Source: Mytilus trossulus
Taxonomy: Eukaryota
Assembly: GCF_036588685.1 (NCBI RefSeq)
Contig: NC_086377.1
Location: forward strand, 12,586,001 to 12,650,000
Direction of reading: 5' to 3'
DNA: 64,000 nucleotides
Part shown: positions 1 through 13,490 of the stretch, piece after piece
How positions within the stretch are numbered: position 1 is the stretch's first letter
How the letters are laid out: each line of letters begins with the position of its first letter
The notes under the pieces: model-generated
Databases searched by the model: none
Told to the model about the DNA's origin: nothing
The model's input: the letters and a program-made list of their open reading frames with translations, nothing else
Position numbers and translations under genes: made by a program

Positions 1-640
1 ACAAATCTCATATATGTTATGATGGTATGATACTGAACCCCTTACGGGAAGGATTGTGCGTGATGTTTATATGATGAAATCATAATCTGTCAGTCAGTTT
101 AATTGAAGCCTGGAGCTGGCATGTCAGTTAACTGCAAGTAGTCTGTTGTTATTTAGGTATTATTGTCATTTTGTTTATTTTCTTTGGTTACATCTTCTGA
201 CATAAGACTCGGACTTCTCTTAAACTGAATTTTAATGTGCGTATTGTTATGCGTTTACTTTTCTACATTGGTTAGAGATATAGGTGGAGGGTTGAGATCT
301 CATAAACATGTTTAACCCCGCCGCATTTTTGCGCCTGTCCCAAGTCAGGAGCCTCTGGCCTTTGTTAGTCTTTTATTTTAGTTTCTTGTGTACAATTTAG
401 AAATTAGTATGGCGTTCATTATCACTTAACTAGATATAGGAAGATGTGGTGTGAGTGCCAATGAGACAACTCTCCATCTATATATATTTGTTTAGGGGCA
501 GCTGAAGGACGCTTGCAGGTGCAGGAATTTCCCGTTACATTGAAGACCTGTTGGTGACCTTCTGCTGTTGTTTGTTTAATTTTTGGTCGGGTTGTTGTCT
601 CTTTGACACATTCCCCATTTCCATTCTCAATTTTATCAAT
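1..640. repeat. High-copy interspersed repeat fragments
   Basis: Sequence such as GTTTAACCCCGCCGCATTTTTGCGCCTGTCCCAAGTCAGGAGCC and CTTTGACACATTCCCCATTTCC recurs degenerately at ~26390-26870 and, inverted, at ~43690-44060. No coherent ORF. Confidence 0.6.
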
Positions 641-1956
641 GTATATTTTGAAAGTAAAATCATGAAAATACTGAACTTGGTGGAAAATCAATGAGGAGAG
701 TCCATAATCACAAGGCAAAATCAAATAGCATTACACCTCAAAATCGAACGGACAAGAACTGTAATATTCCTGACTTGGTACAGGCATTTTCAAATGTAGA
801 AAATGGTGGATTAAACCTGGTTTTATAGCGTGGTAGTTTCTGTTTTCTACAGTTTATGTTCGGGTCTAATTTATGTTAATGTGTGGTTCTGTTAACTATC
901 ATATTTATTTTGTCTTTTTCTTGTGTAATTTTTATTCCTAAAGTATAACCACTTCATTATGAAGGTGTTACATATATTGCAAAGCTTAAATAACAAATGA
1001 AAAAAAAAAAGAAATAGTTGATATGTTTGACGCTGTTTTGAATCGGTGTTCATTAAGCCTTATCGATTTATTTATAATGAATAACGATATTCTACCCTTG
1101 CTTTTTGTTATTCTACATTCAATTACACACTTGGAGCGATATATTGAGTTTTAAAAGGAAATTTGCATCATGTTCAGCTGGGATGAATTTTCTGAGAAAA
1201 AAGAAGCGTGAACACATTATAACACTAGTTGAGTTTGATATCAGTTAATGTTCCACTAAGAGGATTTAAAAACCTTAACTGGCTTCGCATATTACACAGA
1301 AATGCATATACATATTCTTTACATATTCGTGATTGTGAAACAGCTATGGTATCTTCCTACAAAATTGTTGTCACATTTGTAACACAGAAGAAATTATACA
1401 TTTTCTAGGCTTACTAAGTGCTTTAGAAAAAACAACTTTTCAAAAACAAGTTTTGTATAGCCTAATTTGATATGTCATAGATTTAATGTTTTTGATCATT
1501 TTTTAACTGAACTGTCCCGTTACACCTCGGGAAATGAATGAAGAGCGTAATTAGTAAAACGATGTAAACTGTATTTTAATGTAACTTTAGTGTTTTTGAA
1601 GATTGATATTTTTATGTTTGCGGCTTATTATTGTTAATCTTATTAATTAAACATTGACATCATGCATCAATCTTGAAGTGATTTTATGCAATTCGATGTC
1701 ATGGTCACACACGACAGAATTAACATATAAAAGATAAAACATTAGGTTTTTAACCATCTTAGCAAAGGGCTACCGTGTATAACCGTCATTCGAGATGATT
1801 GCATTACTTTTTTAATGCATAAACAATGCAGAGTGATGTAATTAAGATATCAGGAAAAGGTTGATCCCGATTACTTGTTTTCTTTTATATGTACTTGTTT
1901 ACTATCACGTTTACTGTTCAGGCATGTTTATATATATGTGTGACGTTGCTCGGTTC

Positions 1957-3450
1957 AGATTCATCCTACCTGCAGACAAAGGGAGTGCAGTTGTCGTCAT
2001 GGACAAATCTAACCATATCCAAGAGGCTATTCGCCAATTAAATGATGACCGGTTTAACAAAAAACTTAATTCAGACCCACCCTCTAATTCGGCGATGAAA
2101 TAGCTGAATGTTAAAAGAAAATTTGTGACAATAACATCATTGATATAGATACTCTCAAATATTTAAAACCTGACGATTCCAAACCTGGCCGATTCTACCT
2201 GCTCCCTAAAACTAATAAACCTGGTAACCCAGAAAGACCATTGGTCTCAGTTAATGGTCATCCCACCGAACAAATATCCGAATTCGTTGATTACTATCTT
2301 CGACCACATGTAGAAAACTTGCCATCTTTTATAAAAGTTTAACTACTAAAAATGCAGGGTTTAAACCCCCTACCTGCCAATACAACTTTTTTTCACATTG
2401 GATGTCACCTCCCTCTATACGAATTTTCCCCATGCGGATGGTATTGAAGCATGTAGAGTAGTTTTGGACTCTCGATCTCTTAAAATTCCACCTACTAAAT
2501 GCTTAGTAGAAATGCTTACTATGGTCCTGAAAAAGAACAATTTCACATTCCAAGGACAACACTATTTACAGAAAAATGGCACTGCTTTTGGTACAAAAAT
2601 GGCGCCAATATATATGGGTTAAGTTGAAAAGCAACTGCTGGAGTGCTCCATCGAAAACCCGCTTTACTGGTGTCGATTTATTGATGACGTTCACATGAAA
2701 TGGGAGAAGGGAGACCAATAATTACAAACTTTTATAACAAATGTTAATAATCAACACCCTACCATCAAATTCACTCATGAAACATCTAATTCCATCATTA
2801 ACTTACTTGATACATCTAGTACCCTCTCTGTAGGTATAATAAACACAGATATATTCTCTAAACCTATATATACTATCAATACAGCTAAGCTCTTAGAATA
2901 ATGCAAATCTGATCCTCTGAGGACACGTCAAAACAACGTCTTGTGCAGCTCAAAGGACATTTGAAAAGAAGGAGATATAAACACAAAAACATCAAAAATA
3001 GTTTTCGAAAAGCGGAATTCATCCCCAGAAGCAGTCTGCTAACTTACAACGAAAAACAGAAAAGTTATCCAAAATCTTTCCTGAGCCTCCCATGATTGCC
3101 TTCAAACAACCTTACAGCCTGAAAAATATACGTGTCCGTGCTGACCTTTCCAAACCTAACCATACTGTTGGTAATTGTCAGCCTTGTGGGAATAAGCGCT
3201 ACAAATGTTTCAACCACATTGCAGCATTCATCAACATTTCACAGTAAGACCACATAAAAGACATACGAGATCTTCTGCAATGTCAAATGCAAAAGCTCAA
3301 ACGTGATTTAAGTTCTTGAGTGTCCTATATGCGGTGTCCAAACTGTTGGTAAATCTTTGCAGCCATTTCACAAACGCCTTATTGGCCACATGATAACCTC
3401 ACAAAAAACGATATATTCCTGTTAGCCAACACTTCAGGTTACCTGATCAC
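1957..3450 (+). mobile_element. Decayed Penelope-like retroelement (RT plus GIY-YIG endonuclease)
   Basis: Broken frames give [46 protein letters not shown] (2668-2691) and a C-terminal NVI*VLECPICGVQTVGK...KRLIGH (~3261-3389), matching the RT-then-GIY-YIG order of PLEs. Many stops and frameshifts. Confidence 0.88.
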
Positions 3451-3899
3451 AATCTTTGATTTTTATTTGTTGACATATTTTCTAGGTTTCTAGTGATTAA
3501 GAGTACAATACAATGTGACTGCTTTCCTTTAGTTTTGACTTGTATTACACAATACATGTTTTGTGTCTGTGTGTTTTGTTCACACATCGTTGTCAGTATA
3601 ATTGAATAATATACATCTTTCATATAAGTGATAAGTGTCGTTAGCATAACAATCATGTTCATACGGCGTGTCAGAAATATGTAATCAAAATCTCTGGGCT
3701 TGAGGTTTTGAATTTGGCGTTGTTTTCATTTAAGTTTGAGTCGATCAGAGTATAGATTACTACAAAGTTTGTTCTAAAGAATGATGTCCGTCTTGTAGTC
3801 GTGCTGCGTGACTTGTACGAATACAAACTGTGGGTAAAAATAGTTAAAAATAATAATTACATAACTAAACACCTATAAAAAGTAAACATGGAAGTTGGT

Positions 3900-5032
3900 C
3901 AGGGATATATTTATCTAACAACTGTACCAGATTAAAGCATTTCAGACAAGGTCTTCTTCGTGTTACCTATAACGAGACAATATCTTAATTGGAATGTTTC
4001 AAAACATTTCTGGATAATATGTATTATTAATCATGTCTATCAAAAGATGGACACGAAAAGAAAGGTTCAGCTATATTTGTTTTCAGAACTCTAGTTGATG
4101 TAAGTTTGGGTTGTTATTAGTCTGTAGCAAAGTGGTGTTATTCTTTGCATTATATGTAACAAAAACACGACCGGAAGCAGTAAACAACTGCAAATAACCT
4201 CATTTGAGTTTTATCTGTCCTGGTGCACATTTCAAACTACATGTGCACCATGGTTGACCTCCACTCACAAGTCCTGCAAATGAAAAAAAATGTATAACTT
4301 CAAGATTTGATATTGTCATGTACATAACATTGAACAATTGGTTGATGAAGTACATATTTCATAAATAATATTTGTCCACAGCCATATTTGGAATTCACCT
4401 TGCTTTTTTTATCTGATTTGCCATAATAAAGAACTCTCATCAGAAATCATAACAAAATCCAGAGATAAATAAATACAATGAATTGTGTAGAGCTGTATAT
4501 TAAAAAAAAAGGAAATACAATAAATGACCATATGTAGTTATGGCTCATGAAATTTAACCACGTTTTTTATGTTTCGTATGTTATCAGAAGAGAACAATTT
4601 TATTACACTGAGCTGTGTATGTGTCACATAGTTCATAGCGTATTATGTGGTTTGATTTTTAAAATTCACCATGGTTAAATGCAGACATTTAAACATAAAA
4701 AAAAATGTGATGTAATTAGCAAAAATTTAATTCGCTAAGGACCGGATGAAACAACATTTAGCAACTAAAGGTTATCGTACGGCTTCAATAATTAAAATTA
4801 GGTCGATTGTTATAAAAAAAATTGCATATACGGTCAAAACTAATATAAATGCAAATATGAGATATTGTGTTTATGGTATTGTTAAGAACCATTATGTAAA
4901 AGGTTACCACTGGTTACGGCTTTTTTCTTATAGATAATATAAATGATCATTTAGAATATACCTGTACTTATGACCTTCTTTGCCATATGCCGAAACAGAA
5001 GCGACAAGCGAAACTAGAAGAAGAGTCAACAT
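3900..5032 (-). pseudogene. Copy 0: pseudogene of the secreted Gly-rich/six-Cys protein family
   Basis: Exon 1 remnant 5032-4962 (MLTLLLVSLVASVSAYGKEG, Gly block deleted, donor now phase 2). Exon 2 remnant 4273-4200 (LVSGGQPWCTCSLKCAPGQIKLK*). Non-coding exon 3 remnant starts at 3966. Promoter is retained. Confidence 0.9.
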
Positions 5033-5059
5033 AATGATTGGTTATTTTGATCTGTATAA

Positions 5060-5580
5060 GATGTGAAGTATACTCCAATATGTATGACCTTTTATAATTT
5101 GTTTATTGTAAGACACGTGATACATAGCCTAAAAAACATTGGATTGATATATTATGAAAAATGAGATTTATAAAATTGTGGTTTTGAAATATTATGCAAA
5201 TATTATAATTGCATATCTTGATTAAGCAGGTTTTTTTTGGACAAAGTCCGATACATAGCATGCAACTATCACGCATGTCAACAAATGACCTTCATGGATA
5301 TGAGAGAAAAAATAACTGTGCTGATGTCAGCAAGTTTAAATGTAAAAAGAATAAATCTGTCAACGTTAAATATTGCATCATAATATAGTATAGTAGTGCA
5401 TATTTTGATCAAGGATTTTTTTATATAGAAAAGTCCAATCTATAGCATGCAACTATCACGAACAAGTAATATGACCTTATTAGAATAGAAGAAAAACTTT
5501 TTTTGTTTATGTCAGCCAGTTATAAATGAGAAAAAATGAAACTAATAACGTAAAAGATATTGCATCATATTATAGTACAG
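5060..5580 (-). promoter_or_regulatory. Family promoter module of copy 0 with a tandemly duplicated distal half
   Basis: TATAAAA and CACGTG proximal. The block GCATGCAACTATCACG...TGTCAGC...ATTGCATCA occurs twice (~5210-5395 and ~5397-5580). Confidence 0.65.
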
Positions 5581-7914
5581 ATAAAAAAATTGTTTTTATT
5601 TCATAAGTTTATTATTAACAGTTTGAACGAAACGTACATTTTTTTACATTTTTGATCAGATATGAAATTGAAAAGCAGGAATTATCTTGATCAAAAAGGG
5701 AACATCATACAAAGAACAATATTTCGTTACATTAATTGATTCATAGAGGAAGAAAGTAATGCAAAATCCCGAGTCTGAAAATAAACAAATGTGATTGATT
5801 TGGTTCATGAAGCTAATGCTCTACGCATCCGTTAAATATGCCCGACTCATTTAAAATGTATGCCCTATATTTGTTATTTTTTTTCATATTGGAAAAGTTA
5901 CCGAGTGCCAAATATGAAGCAGATTTGCCCTTCCGGGGTTCCCCAAATCATCTCTGATTGCTTTTTGTTCGTTTGGCTAGGTTTTCTATTTGATATGTTG
6001 TATTTTGTGTACTATTGTTTGTCTATCAATTGTAATAAATTTTCGCAACGCGTTATAAGTTTCTATATTGTACTTTATGTACTATTGTTTGTCTATTGGT
6101 TGTAATAGATTTTCGCCATGCGTTATCAGTTTATATATTGTGTTTTATGTACTGGTGTTTGTTAATTAGTCGTATTTTTTTTAGCCATGAGTTATGAGTT
6201 TCTATATCTAGCTGTCTATTAAATAATTTGTAGCTTTATTAGCATTTTGACATAAGATATCAGGACCATGTTTTTTCTGAATGTTTTTTTTTAACTAAGC
6301 TTATGTTTTATAAAGCTGCATTCCTAATACTAACTAAGGTCTTTCTACCTAAGAAATAAATAAATTAAGCTGTATTTGGCAAAATTGTAGGAATGTTGGT
6401 CCTCATGGCTCTTCATCTTCGTACTATCTTCGGCTTTTTTTTTAACAACAGTATGGTGTAGGCTTAACGTGCGTCTGTCGTAAATACACAATTTCATCAT
6501 GATGTATATGATGAGTTTATTGGATACAACTTTCTATCTTATTTAGGGCGATTTCTATTTATTTTTACAGAAATTGTTATTTACGGATCCGGGATATCAG
6601 TAAGTATTCGACTTTTACGTTAACTTTCCAAAATTAATAAAAAAAAAATTACGTGTCAGACACTATAATGATAGATATAATTAATTTCACCGAAAACTAT
6701 CACATCTGTCTCAGTCTCAATATAGAGATATTTTACAAATAGTAAACTAAAAACCTACTGGTTTTACTATACAAATGAAGGCAATGATTTTTTTATCAAC
6801 ATAGCATTTTGTGTCTCGCAAGTATCGATATTATGTTGTGAATATAAGCTATTGCTGCTTTTATGTGCGTTTTTACACTGCATGAAAGATTTCGAAACAT
6901 ATAACTTTTTCATTTCTGCTATTATGACTGGATTTACTGAAGCAAAATACTCCAGATACATATTTATGCTATTAAAAAACCCATCAAATATGAAGTATCA
7001 GGTCAGTCCTTTTCTATTCGGGATTTCATCAGCAAGAACTTTTCTATAGTGCTAACATATATGTTTTATATAACGTGTGTGGTTATTTTACATATCCTTG
7101 TCATCATACATCAATATGTAAATGAATTCATACGATTCGGTGATCAGAATGACAGCATACGATTATGACATATGAAGTTATAACCTTTAGCATAATCAAC
7201 CATCTGTTCAGTTTAAAACATTGGTAAGTAATTAATGTATGGGGATACCTGGCATATTTGTTCCAATTGAAATCGATCAAAATGTTCCCTAACATAGTTT
7301 TTAACCATCGAGTCTTGATCTCTTGAGTTTCCCACATGTTAGTTACAAACGTCTAAAAATAGCCAATCAAGACAAGCGTGTTTATCAAAAAAATGTGTTT
7401 GCTTAAATATTCGGTAGACACAAATCCCCTGTTTTTATTCAGATCTGCAGTTAATGCTTTTGTTCGGACATGATTACAACATATTAAAACAAGGAGATGT
7501 GCTATTATTGGCAGTGAGTCAACTGTCCACCAATGTTCATACAATTTGGATGTAAGCTATTACAGGCAAATGAAAGCCTTTGACAAAGACTAAAACAGCA
7601 CACTGTATAGTCAGCTATAAAACGCCCGCATGGAAAGATTGATACATTTCAAGTGATAAATTAAACAGACTAATTCATAACAAAACATTCCGTAATGTTA
7701 TTCTTTTTTTTATTTATATTTCATCAAACTTCGAAAAGTGCGTCACTCCTCTCAACAGCCTCTTATATGATATTAGTCGCACACAATAGAGACTGCTACA
7801 CTTAAAATCTGCATTCGCAAAAATAAACAAGTTTAAACTACAATTCAACAGAGAAATAACGTTACGTTTATTATTGCAAATGAAGCCTAACAATTGATAT
7901 GCATTACAAAAAGA

Positions 7915-8312
7915 TTGTCTGGCGTATAAGATTGTAATCCTGGTACTTTTGATAACTATTTACACCACTGGGTCGATGCCACTGCTGGTGGACGTTTCGT
8001 TCCCGAGGGTATCCCCAGCCCAGTAGTCAGCACTTCGGTGTTGGCATGAATATCAATTATATGGTCATTTTTATAAATTTTCTGTTAACAAAACTTAGAA
8101 TTTTTCGAAAAACTAAGGATTTCTTACCCCAGGAGTTGATTACCTTAGCCGTATTTTGCACAACTTTTTGGAATTTTGGGTCCTCAATGCTCTTCAATTT
8201 TGTATTTATTTGGTTGTTTAAATATTTGGATATGAGCGTCACTGATGAGTCTTATGTAGACGAAACGCGCGTCTGGCGTATAAAATTGAAATCCTTGCAC
8301 TTTTGATAACTA
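7915..8312 (-). repeat. High-copy interspersed repeat (ACGCCAGACGCGCGTTTCGTCTAC family)
   Basis: Near-identical reverse complement of the unit at 42770-43285. Partial copies at ~6330-6500, ~25940-26100, ~44300-44460 and ~45050-45160. Confidence 0.8.
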
Positions 8313-9299
8313 TCAACAGAAAATTCCATTATTGCCAAACACATAATATAGTACTTGTTAAATCAAAAATGACAACAAAAGAAATTAAACAAAATTGTAA
8401 GTGATGGCAAAATATCTATGACAATTTCTTTATCTTTTGCTCAACACACTTTTTGATATAGTTAATATTCCCAAAAGCTATGTAAAAGTTTTCAAATGAA
8501 TAGCTTCGAATAATACAACACACAGAGTAAATTATGTCAGAGATATGTGATTTATTCATACCTGCATGTGCTTAATTCACTAAATCGAATTTTAGAAAAC
8601 AATTTACCACAACACGAAAGCATTTATCAAATTAAAAACACATTCATTGCTTCGTGTGTCTAACGTCAAAATATTTATAATTCACATATTTTCTCGTTCA
8701 ATGGTTATACCAACAGTTTTAAAATTTCACATTGACAATGTCAGCCATTAGGGTTAAACATCAACAGTATGTACTAAATGATTTTAGAAAAAGCTCGAGA
8801 TTTAAAAAGTCCAAAAGTTATATAGAATGCATACATGTTATAAGAAGCCACACATAGTTAATAAAACTACGCGATTAAATATTTTTGACGTTTTTGGTTC
8901 AACATATTTTCTAATTCATAACATAAACATAACCTAAAAACATATTGTAGAAAGATTACATACTGACAGGATCTGTTTAAGTACAGTCACTTTATAAAAA
9001 CCAAGAAACACAAAGAGTAGCATATACATTACACCTCCAAAAACTGAATGATAATACAAACACATTGACAGGATGTATAGAAACCAAGCCACGTTAAATG
9101 GATATCACAAAAAAAACAATCTTTAGTAAAAGTAATATTTATAATAGATCAAAGACAAATGAACGACTCATATAGCACATAGTTAAGATGATAATCAACG
9201 TCAGTACGCATAATTTATGTCAAAGTCATTGTGTATTATTTGTGAAGTTAATACGAAATATTGACCAACAAGGTATTGGCACCTTCAGATGAAGTTTAT

Positions 9300-9835
9300 T
9301 TAAAAAGGACGAGCCGTTCTATGACTTACACTGGTTCAACAACTTTCTGCTTAGACATTGTGTCTATTTAAATTGATTCAGTTAGTTTATGAGAAATATT
9401 TTAACTGATTTAGTAATTAAAACGCTCCCATTCAAGCTTGAATATGAACAATCTATCAAATATGCCAAAAAACGTCACCTTTTAGATGTTTTTTTTGTCA
9501 AAAATGAAAGTGGCCGCAACAGTGTTCATCCTCAATTTTTATATATGTTATGTATTATCATCAAATACAACAAACATTTCAATATTATGAATGAACACGA
9601 ATGCGGCCACTTTTTTTAAAGACGGCAACCGTCTAAAATTTAACTGAAAAGCTAATTTAGCATGACTTAATGATGCTAGTACTTGATATATGTCGATGTA
9701 TTGTCAAAATAACCCATATTCACGACGCAGAAGTATTCTTCTTTTTAGTAAATAGCTAAAAGATTACATTTTCACAAATTGTAAAACTGCTATATTTTGG
9801 GGCCAAAAAGAGGTCTTATTGAACCTCCTCCTTTG
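9300..9835. mobile_element. Non-autonomous DNA element (MITE-like, AAAATGAAAGTGGCCGCA family)
   Basis: Same ~550 bp sequence at 29201-29760 (inverted), ~34940-35205, ~39050-39480 and ~59895-60480. Ends resemble AGGAGTAGGTTCAGTAAG inverted repeats. Confidence 0.65.
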
Positions 9836-9839
9836 AGAA

Positions 9840-10590
9840 ATAGGTCTAAACACGAGGCGGAGGAAGCTGTATCTATTGTTTTTAGTTCTGATGCATATAT
9901 ATTAAAGGAACCCAATCAGAAAAGGTTTGGATTGATTATGAAAAGAACATCACCAATACATCTGAAAGTAAAATTAAATAATCTTGTTTCTTTGAATCAA
10001 TTGTTTTGACAACTTTCTGAAGGAACTCCATTTCTTATGAAAATAAGGAGAGATCGGCAAGGAGAGGCTCACAGTGTGTTCCCGCAGGAATACCGACAAT
10101 TTGTTGAAAAAAGTCTAACTCTAAACTTAATAAATATGTTGTCGATAAGAAACTCCAGCATACTGATCACTTGTTCTTGTGTGTAGCATGTTTTAACTGT
10201 TTTGTTTTAACTACAGCACACGTAACATAAAAAACTAAAGAATAAGCTAAACGAACCCCATAAAAAACCAAGGGTGACCTAAAGGTACTCCGGAAAGGTA
10301 AGCTGATCCTTTTCCATATGTGACACCCGTTGTATTGCTGATGTGATAACAAATCCGATTAATATGTCTAATTCGATATTTCACAATCATGATAGGGAAG
10401 GTTTGTATGTACAACATGAGGAACATATCCGATATCATTTGCAAAACGGTTATTCCATAACGGTCAACCAACTCGTGATGGCGTCCTTAAAATTTATGAA
10501 GGGATGATTTGAACTTCACCAATTAGTACTTTTGATTTAATAGCTTCCCTGTGAGCAAGACAATCATTATAGGAAATGCAAGTACGGGAA
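9840..10590 (-). mobile_element. Decayed RT fragments of a second Penelope-like family
   Basis: Minus-strand translation gives MLEFLIDNIFIKF, FQQIVGIPAGTHCEPLLADL and IGDVLFIINP...SELKTIDTASSASCLDL (10180-9840). The 10190-10590 part is the reverse complement of the 3' portion seen at 40400-40780. Confidence 0.75.
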
Positions 10591-11544
10591 TTATTAGTTT
10601 TAAGGATCAACATAGGTTAAAAACCACTACGTGAGTAATCAGTTTCACAGTATTTCTAAAGACCGTCTTTCGCTGCTGACAGAATTTTAGTCACTCTAAT
10701 GGACAATTATTTAATCAAACATGAAGATTGGCCAGCAATAGTACCACTCACGCCAACGATTTCTGACACACTTTTGTCATAATCGCCAATCAGTTCATCA
10801 GTTCAGTAATGAACTTAGTTTGATTGATTCATAGCCTTGTATTAGTAACTTTTGAGTAAGCAGTATTCCTCGTTCAATTGTTCATAGGTTTTCTTACATC
10901 TTACTACTGTTATCATTGACATACGAGACTATTTTGATTATTAAATGTTTCTGTTTCTAAAGACAAATCATCGGCCTTATCTATATTAAAAACAAGAAAC
11001 AAACAACAAAATTTACGAAGGGGCGATTTCTACTGCACCATTTGGAACAATTGATATAAAAGCTTCCTTTTAAGCTTAATTCATACATTAGAGGGTCACC
11101 TTAACAAATATAATAAAAGTTGAAACTATAGTATTGTATTTGCCATTTGATTAGGGACTTCATTTTTTTTAATTCATATTCGCAATTTTCTTTTTTTGTG
11201 ATTTTAGGTTCTATGTCAGATATATGACATATGCTCATATCTTAATATGATGAAGTTTAACTTTACACACACACAATGATTATTGCATAGTAGAATAAAT
11301 CGTTATTTATCTTGGCAAAGTAAACCTGTTTTAAATTGTATAACAAGGTTTGTGATGTGTTTTAATTGTTAAAGAAAATACTACTGTGAGGTGAGAGTAG
11401 TGTTGATTTTGTCCTTTTGTTGCCTCATTTTTACCATTATCTTGTAAAATCTTTAAAATACTTGGGTAGAAATATACTTAAAAAAAATCATGAGAAAACC
11501 AAAATCTCAGTGTGTCAGTTAATCAAACTAAATAATTCAAGTTG

Positions 11545-11613
11545 TTCTAGAATATATTTATTTAAAAAATATACAATTCGCAAGCATTCAATATCAGGTC
11601 TTCGTCGTGTTAC
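11545..11613 (-). other. Copy 1 non-coding exon 3 (3' UTR) with polyA signal
   Basis: Acceptor CAG|GTAACACGACGAAGACCTG at 11613; AATAAA at 11562-11557. A homologous exon follows copies 0, 3, 4 and 5. Confidence 0.7.
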
Positions 11614-11877
11614 CTGAAACAAGAGAAGACAATAATTAATATTTTCTTTATAATCTGTATCATCAATCAAAACTAAGATAAGCTTAAAGAGAAAGTACTT
11701 TTTAACATGTGATCAATTCAAGCTAGTTAATTATTACCTTTTTTCATGCATGACCCTAACAAAATGTTGTCTAAATTATTTCTTATTGATGTGGTGAATG
11801 TGCTTACACGGTTAATAAATGTTTGATAAATGTCATACAAAATAAACTAAATATATGCAAACTTACCAATATAATAT

Positions 11878-12257
11878 CTAATAGTATCCTTTACCAGATG
11901 ATCCACCGACAACCCTGCTGCCTCCACTAACTACACTGACTGGTCCAGTAACAATACCACCAATGGGTCCTCCAATACCACCGATTGGACCAAGAACTCC
12001 ACTACCACCTCCAACAAGACCGCTTACACCGGCGATAATACCTCCACCACCGATGATACCTCCACCACCAATAATACCAGCTCCTCCAAGGGAAGCACCG
12101 TAATTTTGGTTGGTTACCCACCATGGCAATACAGAACAACAAGTATTCAAACTTCCTGGCAGGAGAGGTGCCAAGTTGCAGTTTTTGCTGAGTTTAATCT
12201 GTCCTGGTGCACATTTCAAACTACATGTGCACCATGGTTGACCTCCACCGACAAGTC
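11878..12257 (-). CDS. Copy 1 coding exon 2: six-Cys domain and Gly-rich tail (spliced protein 198 aa)
   Basis: Acceptor TTGCAG|GA at 12257, phase 1 matches exon 1. Reads LVGGGQPWCTCSLKC...NTCC...GKGYY* with TAG at 11880-11878; GTAAGT donor at 11866. Confidence 0.92.
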
Positions 12258-12940
12258 CTGCAATTTAAACAAAATATACTAACTTCAAGATTTGATGATT
12301 GATAAAAACTTATTTAATAAATGATATTTGTCTAGAGCCATTTGTAGAATGCACGTTGCGGTTTTCTTGAAACACCACATTAATAAACTCTGATAAGGAA
12401 GCATAAACAATTTAGAGAGAAGTAAATACAATGAATTGTGTAGAGCTGTATGATTAAAAAGGGAAATAAAATACATGGTCAAATGTGTTCATTGCTGATC
12501 AAATTTCAACGAAGATTTACAAAATTCGTATGCTATCAGCAGAGAACACATATATTACTATCATTTGTTTATTCCACCGAAGATTAACATCATACTTGGT
12601 TTTTCCCTGTAAGTGTCATGTATGGTGAAGCGTATTATGTGGTTTTATTTTGAGCTGGAATATTCACCAATGCAGACATATGAATATATAAAAAAAAGAA
12701 TATATGGTGTAATTGGCAATGAGTTAACATGCTAAGGATCAAAGACACAAAATCTAGAAACTAAATACTATCGAACGGTTTCAATAATCAAAATTCGGTA
12801 AATTATTTTGAGAAAAATTGCATGAAATGTTAGAACTTATATACATACAAATATGACATATTTTGATGATGCTATTGTTCAGAACTATTTTATTTCGGCT
12901 TTTTCCTTATTGATTATATAAATAGTCATTTAGATCATAC

Positions 12941-13157
12941 CTGTATTTAATCCTCCGATCAATCCTCCTAAACCGCCACCATTTAACAGAAGTCCACCAC
13001 CACCGACAATCCCTCCAGATCCACCAATAATTCCACCACCGCCGAGAAGTGGGCCACTTGTGATAACTCCACCATTGACAAGTCCTCCTAATAATGGACC
13101 TCCTTTGTTGTATGCCGACACGGAGGCGACAAGCGAAACTAGAAGAAGAGTCAACAT
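12941..13157 (-). CDS. Copy 1 coding exon 1: signal peptide and Gly-rich block
   Basis: ATG at 13157, MLTLLLVSLVASVSA|YNKGG...GLNT; donor CAG|GTATGA at 12941/12940; 217 nt, phase 1. Confidence 0.92.
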
Positions 13158-13189
13158 TTTGATGGGTGACTGATCTGTAGAAGATGTGA

Positions 13190-13490
13190 AATATACTCAG
13201 ATATTCATGTCCTTATATACTATGTGTATTGTAAGACACGTGATACCTGGCTCTAAAAAATGGTTTAATATATTATGAAGAAGGAGATTTATTAAATTGT
13301 GGTTTAAAATATGCAAGCAGTGCATATTTTGATTAAGCAGGTTTTTTTTTACAATACATAGCATGCAGCTATCACGAACATGAAAGATGACCTTATTAGA
13401 TGTAACAAATCCTTGCTGATGTCAGCCAGTTGTAAATGAGAACAGATGAAACTAGCAACGTTAGACATTGCATCATATTAAAGTACAGAC
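13190..13490 (-). promoter_or_regulatory. Family promoter module of copy 1
   Basis: TATA-like box, CACGTG, TGACATCA and TGATGCAAT (13475-13467) in the same order as in the other copies. Confidence 0.65.

Noticed and set aside
11878-13157. Naming the family as shematrin, collagen, keratin or a known mussel foot protein
   Set aside because: No Gly-X-Y periodicity, low Tyr, no RKKKY-type end and no recognised mfp repeat. Similarity is only compositional, so no gene symbol is given.
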